Source: a virus (lineage: Duplodnaviria > Caudoviricetes). From it: a DNA stretch of 64,000 nt. The notes under the pieces are model-generated. The model was not told where the DNA came from. It did no database searches and saw only the letters and a program-made list of their open reading frames with translations. The DNA lies in IMG/VR virus record IMGVR_UViG_3300011008_000002; one strand, given 5' to 3'. A program made the translations under genes and the position numbers. Position 1 is the first letter of the stretch. Every line of letters starts with the position of its first letter. Shown here in pieces: positions 29,987-41,800 of the stretch.

Positions 29987-30154
29987 TTGGGAGGGTCACC
30001 AATTATAATGATACAAAATCGTAATTCAAAACAACGGAAGAAGAACAAGCGCGTTGCTCAATTCCCGTACATATTGAATATGGATTTTGTATCATCTATT
30101 TTTGCGATAAGTGAATAAGAACTTGTAGACATTAAAATCTACAAGTTCTTATTC
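29987..30154 (+). ncRNA. Candidate late small RNA (alternatively a 36-aa ORF at 30008..30118)
   Basis: ACA-N6-TAA at 29975-29986; long hairpin ATGATACAAAATC/GATTTTGTATCAT; terminator at 30113-30154. Confidence 0.4.
30113..30154. terminator. Bidirectional terminator
   Basis: GAATAAGAACTTGTAGA/TCTACAAGTTCTTATTC 17-bp stem between convergent units. Confidence 0.8.
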
Positions 30155-30159
30155 TTGTC

Positions 30160-30411
30160 TCATGAGAAAATAAGCATATCCGCTTTGCATATACATTTAA
30201 CCTCGTATTTGCCCTTAATAGACGCGGCAATCCTTTTCGCAAGATATTCATCACGGTTTTTCCGTACGATGACTGTATTCGGGGTCTCGGCAATGTTGGT
30301 GATATCAACACCTAACGGCTCACCCATCAGATCATCAATAATCTGACTTGCATTAAAAGGTAATTTGCTCGCAGTGTTAGCGTTATCATACGCTGTACAA
30401 AGGTTGTTCAT
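30160..30411 (-). CDS. Hypothetical protein (83 aa)
   Basis: RBS GAAGGGAG; last gene of the minus-strand operon. Confidence 0.65.
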   Translation of the reverse strand: MNNLCTAYDNANTASKLPFNASQIIDDLMGEPLGVDITNIAETPNTVIVRKNRDEYLAKRIAASIKGKYEVKCICKADMLIFS

Positions 30412-30430
30412 CGGACGTTTTCTCCCTTCA

Positions 30431-31105
30431 TTAAATAATATAATCTAAACCCTCTACTACTTTAGGGTTTTCCTTGAATGATTTGCGACCTTCCACCGTA
30501 CGTTTATTGTATTTACAATCGTAAACAGTCATGAACTTTACACTTACCTCAATCCTAGGTAATACTGAGTAAAACTTCTCAACTTCCCCTTTGAAAACGA
30601 CGCTGTCATTACTCACTAATACTTTCTGTACCATATCGCTATAGGTTTTTCCAAGATTATCCCAGTCAGGAGCATTGATATTATGGATTACACCGAGCTC
30701 AGCAGCAACCTTTTCTTCAACACTCATATTCGCTGGCGTTTTTATATATGCTTTGGTACTAAAAATACATGGAGTTGAAATAACAGCATTCATTTCAGAA
30801 TGTTGATTTACAAAGTTCTCAAATATTTGAGCGTTCATTTTTGCACCACTTACATAGAATACAAACGTATTACGTGATAATTTTGGTCGCGGTGTTGGTT
30901 TTGGAGTCATATAAAAAATATAATTGACTTCATTCCATTGTACTTTTGTTAGCTCTTGTATTTTATTTAATAAATCTATCAGATGTTCTTCTTTGAAACC
31001 GACTTCTTGGTATAACCAAGCAAGACGTTCCTTGTAATCTTTTGGTATATGTCCATAGCTTGCATGATAGTCCAATGCAGCCTGTATACCATTCGATTTT
31101 GACAT
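30431..31105 (-). CDS. rusA: RusA-like Holliday junction resolvase
   Basis: PKPTPRPK, PDWDNLGKTYSDM, NDSVV and EKFYS..PRIEV motifs; ATG 31105 after AGAGGTG. Confidence 0.8.
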   Translation of the reverse strand: MSKSNGIQAALDYHASYGHIPKDYKERLAWLYQEVGFKEEHLIDLLNKIQELTKVQWNEVNYIFYMTPKPTPRPKLSRNTFVFYVSGAKMNAQIFENFVNQHSEMNAVISTPCIFSTKAYIKTPANMSVEEKVAAELGVIHNINAPDWDNLGKTYSDMVQKVLVSNDSVVFKGEVEKFYSVLPRIEVSVKFMTVYDCKYNKRTVEGRKSFKENPKVVEGLDYII

Positions 31106-31121
31106 ATAATCACCTCTCTTA

Positions 31122-32771
31122 TTAGAAAATATCAAAGAGACCTTGTATTTTATTCTTTACCCATTGCTGCCATTCATATGGCTTTGAAGTGAAACGATCA
31201 GTGATGTTATTTGCTATAATGGTGGCCCAAATTTCTATCTTTTGAGTAAGTTCCTGATTGGTGAGGTCAACTCCGCAGTTTACCATAAGGTATTCCAACA
31301 TTCCAGAACTTAAAAATACCTCAGGCTTCTCGTAAGGCTTAGCAGGTATTGCTAATGTAGAGTATAGATCCTTCACGGAGAGATTTACTTTAACTTCGTT
31401 AGGAAGCCCACCAACGTTCCAAGAACTATCTGCTCCTTTATCCATAGAAAGGCTATCAATAATACCCATTTCACAGTTAAACCATCCCGGAGCATGACAC
31501 CTTATCAAATACGGAGAACGATATGTATTAGCTGATACCTGTTGAGGTAACGCTAATCCTAATAGGTGCATCATCGGCACCCCTACATTGAGAAACCATG
31601 ATTCAGGGCACCCATATGGAGTTGATAATGTAATACTAAACGAATAATTCTTACTATATTCTGAATTAGACCATATCTCTGGTATCATAAAGTTACCACC
31701 AGATATAATCTGCTTTGCTCCACTAGATATACGACTTAATACTGTACCGAGGGGACCCGCATAATCTGAAACCGTCTTTTGTATAAATTCATCTGCTGAA
31801 GAACTCATACTATTGGTAAGTTCATTTATATTCACTCCTGCCATACCTGAGACAAACTCAAGTTCTTTAGCCATACCTTCAAGAGAATCTGTGAATTGAT
31901 TTAGTACCGATGTAGTAGTGGAATTACTAACTGATTCACTAAACGATACATTACTATCAACAAAAAATCGTATCCATTCTGTGTCATCCATTGCCGCTTT
32001 CGCAGCATTTGCTAGAGCATTTTCAACAAATGCTCCAATAGAACCTGATTTATTCTCTCCTTCTTTATTCACATCTACATTCATATATGTAGCGTTTGCT
32101 GTATAGTAACGCCAATCATAATTTCCAAAGGTATAACCAGGAGCCCACGGAACTCGTTTATCAGCAATACCAATAAAAACAGCCATAAGCTTACATAATA
32201 CATTCACCTTTGCCATAAGCTCACTGTAAATACTTCTTCCGTTATCTGCTATCGTCTTTAGTTGGTAATAACGTAAGACATCATCACCAACTTTATCGGC
32301 ATCAAGATTTCCAAAAATTTTGTTTAACGCAGTATCTATACTGGATGAATCAATAACAGCATTGAAGAACCCTTTCCTTTGTTCATCCGTCATACCAGGT
32401 AAAAATTCCGGAACACCAGGTTGAAAAGCAACAATCGGTGCTTCGCCGATAATTCTTTCAGCGAAAGATCTACCCAACCTAGTATCTGAACCTAGTCTCG
32501 GGTCAGTTATATCTGTAAATTGATGAGGAATACCAAATATCCTCATCGAATTTCTTAGTTTCTTATCAAACTGACCGTTCATGGAAAAACTGTCTTCCAT
32601 TCTTCGTTGGTTTTCCTGTTTGCGTTTTTCGGCTTCTCTCATCTTCTGAGCGGCAGCCGCATTTATATAATTTGCTCTTTGTAGTTCGTCAATACTCATT
32701 GTATTGGCAACTTCTCGTGTAATTACTTTCTTCTTTTTATTAGTGCTTGTCTTAGTTTTCGTTTCTGGCAT
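31122..32771 (-). CDS. Baseplate/tail-tube initiator-like protein (gp48/gp54 fold)
   Basis: C-terminal YSFSITL..P, SPYLIR, GIIDSLS and GLPNEVKVNLSVKDL; directly downstream of the tape measure gene. Confidence 0.6.
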   Translation of the reverse strand: MPETKTKTSTNKKKKVITREVANTMSIDELQRANYINAAAAQKMREAEKRKQENQRRMEDSFSMNGQFDKKLRNSMRIFGIPHQFTDITDPRLGSDTRLGRSFAERIIGEAPIVAFQPGVPEFLPGMTDEQRKGFFNAVIDSSSIDTALNKIFGNLDADKVGDDVLRYYQLKTIADNGRSIYSELMAKVNVLCKLMAVFIGIADKRVPWAPGYTFGNYDWRYYTANATYMNVDVNKEGENKSGSIGAFVENALANAAKAAMDDTEWIRFFVDSNVSFSESVSNSTTTSVLNQFTDSLEGMAKELEFVSGMAGVNINELTNSMSSSADEFIQKTVSDYAGPLGTVLSRISSGAKQIISGGNFMIPEIWSNSEYSKNYSFSITLSTPYGCPESWFLNVGVPMMHLLGLALPQQVSANTYRSPYLIRCHAPGWFNCEMGIIDSLSMDKGADSSWNVGGLPNEVKVNLSVKDLYSTLAIPAKPYEKPEVFLSSGMLEYLMVNCGVDLTNQELTQKIEIWATIIANNITDRFTSKPYEWQQWVKNKIQGLFDIF

Positions 32772-32796
32772 TTATATCACCGTCCTTTTTATAGGT

Positions 32797-32838
32797 TAAA
32801 AGACAGAGTGATGAGGCATAATACCTTATCACTCTGTC
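32797..32838 (-). terminator. Intrinsic terminator after the tape measure gene
   Basis: GACAGAGTGAT/ATCACTCTGTC stem with TTTT on the minus strand. Confidence 0.7.
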
Positions 32839-32855
32839 CAAAATGGTTTAAAATC

Positions 32856-35800
32856 TCAATCGTTCAGCATACCACTAGCAAGTCTCTTTGCAACAGCATA
32901 TCCAGAACGGTCTGATGTACCTGGGTTACTCGACGACCCATTGATAGTTGGAGTATTGAAAGTGTTAGAGGTATTTGTCTGATTGATAACACCACTTCCA
33001 AAGTCCTTTTTGTTAAGCGCATCAAGTTCTGTATTCGTCGTACCAGTGTTGCTGTCGATATTAGACAGATAACCGACCATCACTTTAAGTAACTGTGTTA
33101 TTTCAGAGGAATTCATCGAATTGATGGTGACGTCTCTAGTCATTATCTCCCTAGTTCTAGGATTCATATCTCTTGCATAATCCTGACGTACAGGAGATAC
33201 ATCAAATGCACCATACCCACCTCTTGCAGTTACATCTTCAAGTACCGGTTTTATCTTTGTAGGAGTAGATTTACGACGAGAACCAATGGATGTTTTAGAG
33301 CCTTTACCACCCTTTCCACCCATAGCGGAAATCATCACGTTGTTCTTCTTATCGACAACTTTCTTACCAACTGTACTGTTAGTTCCATTATCAACAAGTT
33401 GAGCCGTAGGTGCCTGAACATTCTTTAGTTCATCATATATACTCCTTGCATATCCACGCCTAGCGGCGTTGAAATCTGGCTTCTTATTATGATAATCAGC
33501 ACTAGAATTCTCATACCAATCTAATGCAACAGTTGCAGCATCTTCAGGAGTAGAAGCATTATTAAGCCTATCCATAAGTTGGAATTGTTTGTTCCTGTAA
33601 TTGAACTCACTAGGACCTTCAAATGCAAACTGAAGTTGCGTACTAAGTGTACCCCAGTTACTACCACCAAACTTCTTAAGCTGTTCACCACGAGGACCAG
33701 TCCATTGTGCCAATCCAAGACCCGGATATAAGTTTCCATCAGAACCTTTATATGCATCCTGATTTATCGTCAATCCGTTATTAGCATATCTCTGGAACAA
33801 TCGTTGTGTCCAGTTATTCATAGTAGCTCGGTCATTATACATCTTATCATAACCTGGGAAATCACCTAAATAATCACCTTCCATACGGTTCGGTGAATTC
33901 GATGATTCAGCTTGCCAAGCACCCATAAGACCCGCAGCCGCAATCGGTGAGAAATTCTTTGTAAATCTCAGGTAGTTCCAAATCTGTTCCCTGTTAGATT
34001 TACCGCTAAGGGGTATTTCTTTAGCAGTACCAACAGAACCACTATCAGAGCTATAAGAGTCACTTACAACATCAGCAGCAGTTGCTGCCGGAGATTTAAG
34101 TCCAAGTTTTTCATAAATCGGGTTCATGATGGCTCCAGCAAGACCAGACAACAGTCCTGCAATACCCGTTCCTGTACTTGTACTTGTTGAAGATGACGAG
34201 TATGATGAACCGCTATCATATGCAGCACTAGCAGTCGTACTTCCATCTACACCGAACTCACTAAGAGCATCTTCACCTGCTTTACCAAGACGCCATACTG
34301 TTTCATGTGCTCCACCAGCAGAAGTAGGTATAGCACTATTCGTTGATGCATCATCACCGCAGTTGTAAACGTAAGTCTTACCGTCTCTGATGTAAGCAAA
34401 TATCTCAGTATGACCACTTCTACCAAGGATATCACCTTCCCTAAGCTTATCATAACCCGGGAATGCAAATGGTGTAAATCCTGTAGCTTTCATCGTGGCA
34501 TCATTAGGATTCCTTACATTCGCTGAAGAGATATTGGTATTCTCCTTCATCACGCCGTAATACTTAAGACACGATTGTACATATCCAGAGCAGTCTGTAC
34601 GTGCGCTAATTGTCCTACCACCGACTGTAATCTTGATATAACGTGTCTGGCTATATCCAGGCTTCTGAGCTGCGATAGCTTCCTTAACAGCTCTGACGAT
34701 AGATAACCACTTCTCGTAATCTTCAGCTTCTTTCTGAGCTTCAGTCTTAACGCTATTCTTCGCTTCTGTAATTTTGTTGACTTTGGTTTTAGAAACACTT
34801 CCACCGTCATTAACAACAGTAGCTGTGGATACAGGTCCCTTACCACCGAATATTGCTCTAAAACCATGTCTCCTAGGAGAACCATAACCACCGTTACTAC
34901 CAAATGCCCACATACCAGTTGTGTCATTAAGGACATCATCCATACGGTATGCACCAGAGTATTCTCTACCCCTCGGATCATTGATAATAACATTATTATT
35001 TGCATCTATTCCAGTAGCAGTTACATAATGTCCCTCTGATGTATACGGACTATTTGTAGCTCCACCTCTTGCTCCCTGTAGTATTACAGAATTACCATTC
35101 TCCAAAGAACCTACAAGAGACTCTTGAGACGGATTTAATTGAGCATTGGGAATACCAAGAGCATTTCCTGCTGCACTGAAATATCCTGGAGTTGTTCCAG
35201 CAGATGTACTATATCCACCGGCTTCACTCATTTTAGCCATAGTAATGGGGTCATACGGTTTCCCAGTAGCTTGAGATGCAACCATAGCCATAGCAGTAGG
35301 TCCACATCCCGCGTCACCGATTGTAGCACCATCTCCACCAAAACCACCTGTAATTCTATAAGGTTTATTTTTGTATCTCGGGTCATTCTGAGAATAATAA
35401 GGCATACCATTAAGATATCCCTCTTCACCCTTACCACCGTTTACTGGACGTCCACCGTCATTACCACCACGACCAATGTTCATAATCGCAGTGCCTAGGC
35501 TATTAACGCCATTAGCAAACCACTTTCCAATACCAGATAAACCATCTTTGACCGTATCAACAGCATTAGAAGCAAATTCTCCAACATCATCAACAACGCC
35601 AGAAATAGCTTCGCCAATTCCATCAACGGTATCACCTAACCAACTAAACGCTCCTTTAACAGCTCTAACAATTCCAACATAGATACCCATGACTCTCTTA
35701 ATAATAGCAGAAAGTACACCGCCAACTACATCGGACTCATTCTCAGCCATTGATTCATTATCCCAAGTTTTCATATCTTTCTTAGGATCAGTATATTCGT

Positions 35801-38800
35801 TGAGCGTCTTTATGAAATCAAGTGATTTTCCACCATAATCAACAACGGCACCGATTGACTTCGTTACAAAACCACCTATTGCTTTACCAGTTGACACTAT
35901 TGCTCCAATAGGAGCTAACAAGAACTTCTCAGCACCATATATAGCATTGACAAATCCACCAATAGGATTACCTTCTTCATCAACTCCCTCATAATCATGA
36001 AGTTTTTCAACGTCGCCGTTTAATGCAAGAGTACCAAGTATAACTGATGTTTGACCAATCTGACTAACTGTATTGGCAACCGCAGCGACACCTTTCTTGA
36101 TACCATCTGCTACAAAACGTCCACCCTTCATCACCAATGCAGGTAGATAATAGAATATCTTAGCACCTGACAAAATACCAGTGAGGAATCCACCAATGGG
36201 ATTATCTTCGGATGCTTTGAACGTAAAGTCATTCAAAGAGTCTATATCACCATTGAACGCATAACTACTTAGCGTAGCAACATTGGTTCCGATATCAATG
36301 GCTGATTGTTTTACAGTATCAAATACCTTCAAGATACCACTACCAATTGCTCTAGCAACCTTCGATACAAGTGCAACCGGATACAAAGGTATTCTCTCTA
36401 TACCAACTATACCATTGATAAATCCACCAATGGGATTATCCTTAGACGTTGTTATTGTATAATCAGAAAGACCATCGAAGTCACCCCTTAGTGCAGTTCC
36501 GAGAAGATCTTTCTTATTATTGATATAATCACCAACTGCTGTCTTAATACCATCAAAGACTTTTGATATAGCACCACCTACAGCAGTTCCAACTTTCTTC
36601 AGTATTCCACCAACTAAAAGTTTTGGGAACATTATGAATTTGGATACATTGAGTACAGCTCCGACTGCACCGTGGAACATGTTGTCTTCTTTAAGAGGGT
36701 TGACATCAGCTTTGAAGTAATCCATGAAGCTGTTTTCTTTGTTATAGAAATTATCAGAGATTTTCTTGAATCCACTCATGATTCCCGCAGCGGCAACAAC
36801 ACCATCCTTGCCAACATTAGCAAGTGCAGAACCAACGTTTCCAAGTACCTCTTTCCCCTTATTGAATACTGAGGATGCACCGCTAGCAATCCCAGATCCG
36901 ACTCCTTTAACGCCGTTCCATACAGCAGTAGCTCCAGAAGCGATACCACTACCGATACCTTTAACTCCATTGACGATTCCGGAACCAATTCCTTTAACGC
37001 CATTAACAATACCTGAGCCAATACCTTTAGCACCGTTTACAACAGCAGCACCAACTCCCTTTATACCACCACCGACGCCTGTGATAAGGTCATAACCTCT
37101 TCTAATGAGTGATTTATTGGTTTTCGAATTATATTCTGAGCGAGTAGTTGACAAACTAGAAGCCTTAAATTCCTCATAGGACATTGCTTCCCGTCCACCT
37201 CCTTCTTCGCCTTTCTTATAGGCTTCATATTCCTCAGCAACATAATCCTCATAACCTTTGGTGAAATCATCCTGAGCGTTCTTAAGAGCTTCTTTTTCTT
37301 CTTCACTAGACATAAGGTCATATGCCCAAGAAGCAACACTCTTAAGGAAATTTATCCCAAGGATTTCATAAGCCAAACTATTGATAAAATCAATTACCGA
37401 GCCCGCAGTTGTATTAAGCAATCCCTTAAAGACAGCGGCGATAGCACGCATCTTCATATCAACATCACTGGGATTTACCTCAAATAAAGCACCTGCATTT
37501 GACAATCCATCAAGGACTCCATATACAATAAACCCTGCGGTTAATATTCCTGCTGTACCAACTTCGGCAGTAGCTTTCGCTGTAATCTTACCAAAGAATG
37601 TCTTAATCTTAGTTACAAACTTGCCGAGTATATTACCGTTTAATAATTTATCTGTAATTGGCTTTATGAAGCTTTTTAATTTAGCAATTGGTAACTTAGT
37701 ACCAATCTTCTCACCGGCAGCTACAAGCTTTTCCATAAGAAACGTTATAGCTTCACCCGCTTTTGTGATAAACTTCTGAACTATTTCTGTATTACCAACA
37801 GCTCTTACGGCATCATCGGCAACTCCCTTAACAGAAGAAGCTACTTTACCAACATTTCTAGCAGCATCATCAGCAAATGCACCTGCCTTTGAAGCAACCG
37901 CAGAACCAAACTGACCAACCTTAGAGGATGCAATCTTTGTTCCTACGTTCTTTGCAGTATTAGCAACACCCGCAGCAACATTGTCAGCCGCACCAACGAT
38001 ACCACTAGCAATTTTCTGTCTAAATGATGCTTGACTAGCCAGTTCTGTATATCCCGCATTCTTAAGAGCATTTAACTCTCTACCAGAAGCAAAGAACCTA
38101 CCAGTAGCAGCACCAATCTTCTTAGCGGTAGGAGCAACCTTGTCAAATACCTTAAGTGCAGGAATTACAACCTTATGACCAACCAAATTGGCTTTAGACT
38201 CTGACATAGTAGTCCAGTCGTTCCTATAACCCCATTCACCATTTCTAATGTCAACCCTAGTTCTAGTAGGAGTAAAGAACTCTTTAACAGGATTACTATC
38301 CCTCGGAGTTGTTACAAGATTTCCGTCTTCATCATATACAAGATTACCATTCTCATCAACCATCGGAGAAGTTGCGGTACCGTTTATAACATTTTTAGCA
38401 TCCTCAACTTGCTCTCCAGCATTATTAACAAGCCCAAGTAATCCACCAATTTCCCCAAATGCAGTCTTAATATCCTTAAGTATCTTTCCAATGAGATCCT
38501 GTATGTTGAAGTTCTTAATGAAATCAATAACTTTTGGTAGAAGTTTTATGACGAACGGTAACGCTAACATAATACCTGCTGTAATAAGACCCTTCTTACC
38601 AAACATACTGCTGAATATAGACTTATGTTCAACAGTTGCTTCTTTTGTCTTACCGAGCATATCAAGGAGCTTTGTTCTAAACTTACTCTCCTCTTTGGCT
38701 TTGTCAGACGCAGCAAATCTTTCAAACAAAGATGCACGAGCACCCTTATCGACCTGAGCCTGACGATTAGCAATCTTTTCGTTAAACTTCTCTCTTAATG

Positions 38801-41800
38801 CATCAAATTTAGAAGAAGCTGACGACTTAATTGCACTAAATTTATTTTTGATAGATGTAGCTACAGACGTTCTATTGTCGTCATCTGCAAGGCTTGCATC
38901 TGTTCCTGCGGCATCATCTCCTGCTCCTCCACCAGACATAGAGGTATCAACAGAAGTATCACCTACATTCATGTCAAGATGTTTTAAAGCTTCTTTATCT
39001 TCGTCACTAGACTTTCCAAATCCAATGATTTTCTTAAGAAAATTACCAAACGGAGAAGACTTACTCGTATCCGAATTTGCATCTCCACCTATAAAGATGG
39101 ATGCAAGATTACTTATTGCACGATTATTGAAACCAGATACAACTACGTATACAGGGTCAGATTTTTTCTTCTTAGGTCCAATACCAAATCCGCCCAAAAT
39201 AGGTTTCACAGGAAGTGGCTTAGGCTTAACATCATCTCCACCCATACCATCAGAATGAACTTGTTCAATGTTTCTTATACGTTTCACGAGGTCAAGTGTA
39301 CCGCTATCCACGATAACATGAACAGGACCTCTTCCACCAAGAGCATTCTTTCCAAGATTAAATAATCCTTTGGCGGCTTTGAACGGAGCAGTTGCTACAG
39401 CAGCAACACCTCTTCCAATTCCTTTACCTACGAATTTAAGCGCACCCCAAGCACCTCTTAAAATATCACCACCGATAACGCCTGCCGCAGACAAGAGACT
39501 GCCTAATCCAGACAACGCTCCACCGAGTAATTGTCCAAATCCTCTTGCTGCTCCGGCTATTGTATTACCAATAGCTGCTACACTATCGACAACAAGATAC
39601 CCGGCAGCTTTAATTCCACTACCAATTACAGAGACAGTTGCGCTTAATGCCTCTCCAAGAGCAGGAAGCATAGCTCTAACCGCTGAAAGACCGGTATGTA
39701 TAATGTCAAACGGAAGCTTTATAACTTCAAGAACGACATTACCTAATGCTTTACCAATTTCTGCAACTGTACTAACAACTAGACCAACTCCGTTTTTGAG
39801 AGCAGTTCCTGCACCCTTGATGAGATTTCCAATGTTAAGAAATCTATCTTTAATACCACCAAGAACTTCACCAATTTTGACAAATGGTGTAGTTATGATG
39901 TTTTTGATAGCCTCAACAGGACGATTGAACATTGTACGAAGTTTACCAAAGAACCCAACATAAGACTTATTATTATCACCCTTAATGTCATCATCCTTGA
40001 TATTATTGATTTTCAACATCATCCGATAAATCTTATTGACGTTGCTACCAACACCATTCAACTGTCCATATACAGAGTCAGCTATCTGATGTACATCTTT
40101 CTGTATATTAGTATAGAAATTACCCTTCTTAGGTTTCTTTGGTCTATTTGTCGTATCTGTAGTAGAACCAACTGTTTCAGGATTGTATCCTTCTTCAGTT
40201 CCTTCTGTGGAACTTTGTTCTGTTACGCTTCTCGTATCAACAGAACCAGTGTTCCGCTGATTTCTATTGCGATTTCTTCTGTTTCTCCTACGCCTTCTAT
40301 TCCCTGACGTTGAAGTATCGCTTGTCCTTTCTCCTCTGAAAGAACCAGTTAATGTACTTACCCTTTCTAGTATAGTAGAAAGAATATTATTCGTTTCTCT
40401 TGTCTCTGTGGTTTGTTCAGTTACCGCAGTTCTAACAGTCTCTGATGCATCAGTAACTGTTGCAACCGTTGGTGCAGCCTCGCTAGAAGTAGATGGAGTT
40501 ACAGTAGGATTGGTATTAACTTCAGTGGTCTTTTTTCTAGGACTAAGTAACCTAGCAAAGAAACCTCTATCATCCTTCGGTACGTCAGTACCATTTTCAA
40601 TAGCGGCTATCTTAGCTTCAGTCTCAGCACGAACTGCTGCTTTCCTAGCTTCTTCACTTTCAAACCATTTACCATGAGATGTATCATACCACGCACCGTT
40701 TTCTCCAAATTGGGCAGCGGTACGAGCTTTACCGTATTCAGTATCCTTCTTGAAGAAAGCCTTGAACTTCTCCCATCCTGATGCAAGAAATCCATGGTCT
40801 TCACGATACTGGTCTTCAAATGATTTCGCTCCACGTTTCTTTTGATTTTCATATGCACCTCTACCCATTGCACTGAAAATCTTAAATGGAGCTGATATAA
40901 TCCCACCTACAATATTACCCAATCCACTAAATATAGAGTGAAGTAAGTTCTTCATGGGTTTGATAAGATGCTCATCAACAACCTTTCCGATAGGATCAAC
41001 AACTTTGTCGAAGAATTTTTCTTTTATCTTATCAAAGAATTTATTGAAGCCTTCCTTTACTTTTCCAGCAACATACTTAGCTTCTTCCGTAATCGGCTTT
41101 AACGCAGTTTCAAACGGAATTACCATATTCTCTTTAACGAAACCGAGAATTTTTACTTGAGCAATTTTAACACTCTTTCCCAAAGGATCAAATATCTTAT
41201 CCTTCATATAAGTACTAAACTTGCTAAATACTCCGCCACTACGTTTTCCATTCTCGTCTTTTTCTCCAAAGAACCAAGTCTGGAATTTATCTGATGCTAA
41301 ACCAATTGATGCAGCTGACCCAAGTAATGCTCCGAGAATTGGACCACCCGGTAAGAAGAATGAACCTATAATTCCTACTCCGGCTCCAATACCACCATCA
41401 ACTGTTAATCCTTTGAGGTTTTTATCCTTACCAAAAACTTCTTTTAATTTCTTTGATAGACCACCAGTTGGATCATCTTTAGTACCACCCTCACCATACA
41501 AAAGGGTATTAAATGCTTCTGATTTAGTAGCTAGACTAATAGCTCCACCTATTAATGCACCACCAATAGGACCACCAGGTACAAAGAATGAAGGAAGTAA
41601 ACCAAACGAAGCGGCTAAACCAGTGCCAAGTCCGATACCTATACCAGTTTTATTATCCTTAAAGAAGTCTTGGAATTCTTTTGTTATAAGACCACCCTGA
41701 CGTTCACCAGTAGTTTCATCTTCAGGACCAAATAAGAAGTTCTGTAATCCTCTTGATTTGGAAACAATTCCAATACCTGCTCCAAGAAGAGCACCACCAA

